From IMG/VR virus record IMGVR_UViG_3300017951_000001, positions 12,255-76,254 of that record: a DNA stretch of 64,000 bases; one strand, written 5' to 3'. This document shows, one piece after another, positions 58,659 to 64,000 of the stretch. Origin of the DNA: a virus. Lineage: Duplodnaviria > Caudoviricetes. A model generated the notes under the pieces. The model saw nothing but the letters and a program-made list of their open reading frames with translations, did not search any database and had not been told where the DNA came from. Made by a program: the position numbers and the translations under genes. How positions within the stretch are numbered: position 1 is the first letter of the stretch; the number at the start of each line of letters is the position of its first letter.

Positions 58659-58675
58659 GATCAGTGTCGATCGAA

Positions 58676-59689
58676 TTACGACGTGCTCAACCCGATAAGC
58701 AGGGAGCCGCCGCGAGTGTTCGCGTGGACGTAAGCACCGTCCCAGAACATATCGAACTGATCGAATTGCGAATCCGTCTTCGAGAGCGGCATCACAGTCG
58801 TAGGAGTAAGCTCCTCGATGTAGCAGTAACGCTTGTTGAGGACGGCGAGGGCAGTCGAGGTTCCCCCGTCAAACGTCAGAAGCGAAGAACCGCCGGAAGC
58901 CGGTTGAAGCGTGTCGGGCATTGCCGTGGACACGATAAGCGGAATCCCATCGTAGGTGCGAACCCGGAAACCGGCAGCAATCTCGGTCATATTCGAGAAC
59001 TGCTGGTCAGCCTGGAGCGCAGCGTTGACCTTCCGAAGACCCGCGAACGAGCCAACAATCACAAGGTCGGAACGCATCGCCGAACCCTTGACCTTGTCAA
59101 TCGCCTCGTCGAGAGAAGCGAGCGAAAGACTCGTGCCAGCGGCGGCATCCGTCAGACCGACAACGGCACTGCTGCCGATGTTGGACATGAGGGTAAGCAA
59201 GCCGTTGATCTGGTTCGCATTCGCGTTGCTGTCACCGGAGATAAGTCCGGATTCAAGCGCAGCGGCGAAATCCTCGGCCTTGCCGGTCATTTCCTGGGCG
59301 AGAGCATCGCCGTAAGAACGACCGATCGCCTGGAGCTTCCGCGTGACCTTGCCACGGGTCGCAAGCGTCTGGTACGTGAACGAAGTTTGGGCGTACGACC
59401 CGCTCTCTTCGGTGAGAGAACCGGTGTCTGCGACCCATTCTGCGCCCGTAGTACCCGCCGAACGACGGTTGATGTATGCCTTGTCTCCCGAACCCGGGTA
59501 ACGGTCGAGAACCGACTGTAGACCGAACTCACGGATCGTAAGCATCTGGACAACGCGGTTGATGAAGGTCTGGATAAGGACCGACCCGGCGTTGCTGACG
59601 TTGATAGCGCGCTCGAAAGCTTCCCGTTTCGCCGGATCAGCAGATCCGAGCCAAGTGGGGCCGCCATACTGGTTCCAATCGATAGACAT
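58676..59689 (-). CDS. Major capsid protein (HK97 fold)
   Basis: GSVLIQTF, AEWVADTG, QINGL, RTYDGIPL; strong GC3 codon bias; position after the protease. Confidence 0.9.
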   Translation of the reverse strand: MSIDWNQYGGPTWLGSADPAKREAFERAINVSNAGSVLIQTFINRVVQMLTIREFGLQSVLDRYPGSGDKAYINRRSAGTTGAEWVADTGSLTEESGSYAQTSFTYQTLATRGKVTRKLQAIGRSYGDALAQEMTGKAEDFAAALESGLISGDSNANANQINGLLTLMSNIGSSAVVGLTDAAAGTSLSLASLDEAIDKVKGSAMRSDLVIVGSFAGLRKVNAALQADQQFSNMTEIAAGFRVRTYDGIPLIVSTAMPDTLQPASGGSSLLTFDGGTSTALAVLNKRYCYIEELTPTTVMPLSKTDSQFDQFDMFWDGAYVHANTRGGSLLIGLSTS

Positions 59690-59698
59690 CGTTTTCCC

Positions 59699-61537
59699 CT
59701 AGCCCCAACGAGGAGCAATGTTTTGGTTGCCAAGGAAACCGTCATACTCTGCTGCACAAAGCACATCGGTTAACATGCGAATAAGAGTAGAGCGATCAGT
59801 GGTCTGATCGAGCGACTCACCACTGTTTTGAACAACCGTTGCAGCCACAGTGGGAGCGTCGGTCTTCGCCCGCTCGGCGAGTCCAGCGAGAGCAGTAACA
59901 CCAGCTTTTCCTTCCGGAGCGTACGGCATCGTAGCGCGCCCGACCCGAACGGGGCGAGAAGCAAGCGTTTGAATCTGCTTTTGGGCAGCCTCAAGCTGGG
60001 TTCGAAGTTGCTGAATCTCGGTATCGTCAGAGGTCGCCGTCGGTGCGTTGTCAACCGAAGTCCGGTTTTCGACAGCGTCCAGCCGTGCGGCAATGCCTCC
60101 AACCGACGCCTCGATCATCGAGCGGATTGCGTCAAGATCGTCCTTTGTCATGGATTGGTCCTCGGTGGGGGTGTTATTTGGAGCACCTTTTTCGGCGTCG
60201 TCCCAAGTGTTGCATGTTTCACTAACTTGTGCAAGACCCACCAATGAATTTGAACTATCGATAATTGATAATTCTTTCAGTGGTGGAACCTGTTTATCGA
60301 ACTTCTCATAATACTTAACAAGGTGATCGTAAACCGATTGCCGGTCTTCTTCGGGAATATCTACGCCGCCGCGCGCACCATTCAGCGCCGCCAGAGCAGC
60401 GGAAACTCCTCTCCAGACTGCGTGAAGCCGATCATCGATAAACAGGGCAATGGGTAATTTGTAACCTGCTTTTGTTTCGGCATTCTCGGGATCAAACCAA
60501 ACATGTGCTCGTTTATACCGATCCCAATCATCGTCCCCTAAAACAAGGTTAGATGCTTCGGTGCTCCAATCCCATTCGGTATCGATTGGCGCGAGAGGAA
60601 GGTCAGCGAATTCAACAGCGCCGCGAGTGTCTTCCGGCCCGTCTTCGACCATCTCTTTTTCTTCTTCTTCATGGCCAGCCATTTCTTCTTCGTGCTTTGC
60701 CATCTCTTCTTCATCGTCGTGCTTTGCCATCTCTTCTTCATCGTCGTGCTTCGACTTTTCATCGTCGTGATACGACTCTTCTTCCATCTCGCCTTCATGG
60801 TGTTTGGCGAACTCAACAACGAAAGAGTCTTCTTTCTCTTCGACAGAAACGATATGGCGCTCGTCTTCTGTCTTGATGGCACCTTCAATCATGCTGCGCA
60901 GCGCAAGATTGTATGAATCTGGATTCGCAGGAGCGCGAGTGATGGCGATGTGGTCAAGGTCAACTTGTTCCACAACCATTCGCTCAACATTCCCATCTGA
61001 ATCTTCGAGAACACGAACGTTGAGGAACCAACCACCAATTGACTGGCCGATAGGTTCGCCACGGCTCAAACGACGGCTTAATTCTTTCGCTAACGGCTCG
61101 TCACGATACAACACCGAATCCAGAACCAGGGTATATCCCTGCTCCGAATCATTTGCCGCTTGAACGACATCAGACTTTACGACTTTCGCCCGAACAGTCC
61201 GACCGATAACTTCATCCCACTCAACAGCGCGATTTCCGTTGTTGTGGCGCGGGAGAATCGGTAGCCCTTTCTGCATTTGATCGCTCATGGAATCCAAAGC
61301 CGTTCGGCTCATTTCCGTTCCATAGTGATCAACTGAAGTCGAAGAAGCAACGCCGCTGATTAACAATTCAGAGCTTTCATTCACTTCTTCTTCGGAAGAA
61401 TGTTCGCTTCGGCTTACGCTCGACGGTTTGATGGGAAGGCCACTGAATGGAAACCTTCCACGGAAAAACCGCTCTTTCTTCCCATTATCAAGCGAAACAG
61501 TTTCATCTAACTTCATCGTATCAGTAGCGCGGCTCAT
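59699..61537 (-). CDS. Prohead protease + acidic repeats + inserted domain + scaffold
   Basis: ISGVASST..DHYG, HN, GQSIGG (catalytic Ser), DHIAIT..PAN; (KHDDEEEMA)-type repeats; coiled-coil C-terminus. Confidence 0.88.
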   Translation of the reverse strand: MSRATDTMKLDETVSLDNGKKERFFRGRFPFSGLPIKPSSVSRSEHSSEEEVNESSELLISGVASSTSVDHYGTEMSRTALDSMSDQMQKGLPILPRHNNGNRAVEWDEVIGRTVRAKVVKSDVVQAANDSEQGYTLVLDSVLYRDEPLAKELSRRLSRGEPIGQSIGGWFLNVRVLEDSDGNVERMVVEQVDLDHIAITRAPANPDSYNLALRSMIEGAIKTEDERHIVSVEEKEDSFVVEFAKHHEGEMEEESYHDDEKSKHDDEEEMAKHDDEEEMAKHEEEMAGHEEEEKEMVEDGPEDTRGAVEFADLPLAPIDTEWDWSTEASNLVLGDDDWDRYKRAHVWFDPENAETKAGYKLPIALFIDDRLHAVWRGVSAALAALNGARGGVDIPEEDRQSVYDHLVKYYEKFDKQVPPLKELSIIDSSNSLVGLAQVSETCNTWDDAEKGAPNNTPTEDQSMTKDDLDAIRSMIEASVGGIAARLDAVENRTSVDNAPTATSDDTEIQQLRTQLEAAQKQIQTLASRPVRVGRATMPYAPEGKAGVTALAGLAERAKTDAPTVAATVVQNSGESLDQTTDRSTLIRMLTDVLCAAEYDGFLGNQNIAPRWG

Positions 61538-61643
61538 GTGTTCTCCAAAGGTGCTCGCGCCTGATGGCGTCTTTTAATCACGTTAATAGTTTGCACCGTA
61601 TAATGTCAATTTGAAAACTTACTACTAATGTGGAATTCAAAAG

Positions 61644-64000
61644 CTACATGCGATTGACTTCATCAGCAGGCCAGTAAACAAGCACACAACGACAACGAGC
61701 CCGACATTCCGTATCTCCGCCTGGAAAATGTCGGAGGTCAGCAAGTCGCTGTAACCCTTTTTCTGCTTCGACGGCGCAAGTGTTGCACGTACGCTCATCG
61801 AACAAACTAATCCATTCGACCCACCAATTTGAGGAGTCGGGAGCAGAACGGAGCGACTCGGCTAACGATTCATTCGCCAATTCGTTGAGCTTTCCTGCCC
61901 AATTCGCAACCCGGCTTCTGTTCGCTCCAAAAGCCGCTGATGCAGCCGTCAATACCTCGGAAACAGAAGCTCCTGGCTTCAATTTCGGAAGCTTGATTTG
62001 GGCAGAAGTTCCTTTTACGGATGAACCATCCGTCTCAAAGTCCGAACGACCAGAGATGGAAATCGCATCAATGACTGCAACCAATCGATCTCGGATATTC
62101 GAAAGCAAACCGTTCGAGGTAACCAAATACCCCATCGCAGTTTCATGGAACAAAGCGGACCTTTGTTGATTGGCATTGACTTTGAAACCAACAAACTCGG
62201 AAGCCGCGCGCTCCCCAATTTTGTTTGCCGTGTCATAGTACGGTTTCGTTGACATCGCCCATCGTTGAGCGAAATCTGAAATCGCATCGCGCACCCGATT
62301 CTTCAACTCGAATGCGGATTCTTCAGTCATTCCCGTCGCGGAGTACGACGATGCAAACAATGCGATGACTTGAGCTTCCGTTTCCTGCATCATGTAGGAA
62401 ACATCATCCGTATACGACAAAATGGCTTTCGATAAAGCCGGTAAATCCAACGTCCGAACGTCTGCAAAACGCTCACCAGTGATCCATGCTTCCGGCATGG
62501 TTCTACCTTGACTTCGGCTTGCATCAACCTTCGCCATTTGCTCTCGCACAAGGTCTTTCATGTACTTTTCGCCGCGTGAGCCAACGGTGTACCATTTGAT
62601 TTGAGCGACAACGCCGGCAAGTCGAAAATCCTTGAAATGGCGTGAACTCCATGCTTCCCGGAGTCGAACCGCCTTCTCTTCGGTTTCCGTTTCAACAACG
62701 CCACCCCTGGCAACCACGGGCTTCAATCGCCGGTACTGCGTGTTGCCGAGGATATTACCGCCCTTTTTCCAAATCTCCGGGTATTCCAACCTCAATTTCT
62801 CTGCGAAATCAGGATCGAATACCTCGAAATTCGAGTTGCGAAGCGAAACTTTGAGGTCATCGCCATCGAACGGGAAATTTGTAGGGTCTGTGTCGCCAAC
62901 AGCCCGTTCCAACCTTTCAATAAAAGGAGGCTCTTTATCGAAATCCAGATAAAGTTGTTTGATGATGTTGTAGATTCTTACTTGTTCATCTACCGGAACT
63001 CGGCTCAATGATTCATGCTTTCCGTCTTGTTTCAAAGCGCCGACAACCGATGCGACACCTCGGAAAACGATCTTGAGTTCTCCGTCAATCATCCTTGCAA
63101 TCGGGAATTTGTAACCCGACTTCCTGTCAGAGTTAGAATCGTCTTTCCAGAGGTGAGCACGACCATAACGAGTCCAATTGGGAGGGTCGCCAAGCACTTC
63201 GTCTTGAGCGCCGGATTCCCAACCCCAAGGTTCATCCAATGACGCGAGTGGAAGGTCAGAAACACCGATTCTGGCACGGTTTTCTTTCTTCGAATGCAGG
63301 GGGTGTGACGGGGGCAGTAAATCCGTATCGTGCTTTCCGCGCCTGAACTTCAAATTCTTCAAAGCATAGAGAAACGAATTTACTCTCCCATAAGCCCATT
63401 GTTCTGGACTCGTAACACTGGGCCGAACCGACTCCGGGTTCGTGTGGTAAGCGCCGACTCCGCGATTGAACACTTTTGCTAACGTGTTCGCGGTGGTCCG
63501 CTTTCTTTTATCACTTCCCACGTCTGCGTTATGCTCTTTTGCTTTTTCCCTCAAATTGTTGGCAACCTTCTTCGAAACATCATCAATCGCTGCAAGGTTG
63601 TCTTCCGTTTGAACCGGAGAACCGCCCCCGCCAGGATTGCTTGAAGGCCCGACCGGAGAATCGGGAGGAATGTTTACCCCGAGTAAAACTGCGTCCAACG
63701 GAATAGGACCGTAAGGAGTTCTTACCGTCACGACATCGCCGCCTACAATCGGCAATAAACCCAGTTCAGTCCTTGCTTCATTCCGAGTCAGAACACCAGC
63801 ATCGATTTTCGTTTGGAGACGAATCGCGTTTGCTTTCGCTTCTTCCCCGCTTAATCGGGCTTCACGATCCCATTTGAAAGAAATCAAATACTGTTGTGAC
63901 GGATCGGCATCGACGGTGCGTAAAAGCTCGGGGATGATGGCGCGGTTGATCTTCGCCTGTAATAACTCCAGAACGGGAGTAACTAGGTGAGAAGACGCTA
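61644..64000 (-). CDS. Portal protein C-terminus fused to several accessory domains and a MuF-like head morphogenesis domain (5'-truncated)
   Basis: Frame open to 64000 (LVTPVLELLQAKINRAIIP); GVLTRNEARTELGLLPIVGGD portal end; C-terminal WISLFDERTCNTC..CRARCRC. Confidence 0.8.
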   Translation of the reverse strand, partial: ASSHLVTPVLELLQAKINRAIIPELLRTVDADPSQQYLISFKWDREARLSGEEAKANAIRLQTKIDAGVLTRNEARTELGLLPIVGGDVVTVRTPYGPIPLDAVLLGVNIPPDSPVGPSSNPGGGGSPVQTEDNLAAIDDVSKKVANNLREKAKEHNADVGSDKRKRTTANTLAKVFNRGVGAYHTNPESVRPSVTSPEQWAYGRVNSFLYALKNLKFRRGKHDTDLLPPSHPLHSKKENRARIGVSDLPLASLDEPWGWESGAQDEVLGDPPNWTRYGRAHLWKDDSNSDRKSGYKFPIARMIDGELKIVFRGVASVVGALKQDGKHESLSRVPVDEQVRIYNIIKQLYLDFDKEPPFIERLERAVGDTDPTNFPFDGDDLKVSLRNSNFEVFDPDFAEKLRLEYPEIWKKGGNILGNTQYRRLKPVVARGGVVETETEEKAVRLREAWSSRHFKDFRLAGVVAQIKWYTVGSRGEKYMKDLVREQMAKVDASRSQGRTMPEAWITGERFADVRTLDLPALSKAILSYTDDVSYMMQETEAQVIALFASSYSATGMTEESAFELKNRVRDAISDFAQRWAMSTKPYYDTANKIGERAASEFVGFKVNANQQRSALFHETAMGYLVTSNGLLSNIRDRLVAVIDAISISGRSDFETDGSSVKGTSAQIKLPKLKPGASVSEVLTAASAAFGANRSRVANWAGKLNELANESLAESLRSAPDSSNWWVEWISLFDERTCNTCAVEAEKGLQRLADLRHFPGGDTECRARCRCVLVYWPADEVNRM

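Noticed and set aside
58664-59521. 285-aa plus-strand ORF
   Set aside because: Antisense shadow of the strongly GC3-biased major capsid gene.
1-64000. Integrase, attachment site, DNA methyltransferase, DNA polymerase, rRNA
   Set aside because: No recognisable motifs were found by eye. Divergent members or genes in the unseen terL-portal gap cannot be excluded.

Overview
This window is most likely a nearly complete (~65-70 kb, inferred) tailed dsDNA phage genome, siphovirus-like, with almost all genes on the minus strand. The left edge holds a lambda-GpA-type terminase large subunit (1660 to <1, minus). The ORF track misses it because it runs off the window; I translated it by hand. The right edge holds the C-terminal part of a multi-domain portal/MuF-like protein, so the two edges probably join. 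Reading right to left: portal-MuF, prohead protease/scaffold, major capsid, head-tail joining genes interleaved with a sugar-modification block (metallophosphoesterase, NAD-dependent epimerase, triple GT-A glycosyltransferase), tail tube, tail chaperones with a -1 frameshift, tape measure, tail/LamG proteins, two tRNAs, replication/recombination genes, three ParB-like proteins, a MoxR AAA+/VWA module, MazG, a GT-B glycosyltransferase, small early-type genes, and a repeat-rich non-coding region next to terL. The most striking signal is a 1,436-bp stretch (2121-3556) with no AG or CT dinucleotide at all (one AG in 1879-3556). It spans a whole transcription unit (upstream region, leader, 333-aa Ala/Thr/Asp-rich CDS, two terminators) beside terL, where the first-ejected genome end may lie. 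A local repeat family and a conserved gene leader both switch to AG/CT-free variants in or beside this zone, and a nearby non-coding spacer is saturated in AGT/ACT. With the GT-B + ParB-like genes, this suggests (inference) a dinucleotide-context DNA modification or defence-evasion system. All motif calls and counts were made by eye, with no database searches.
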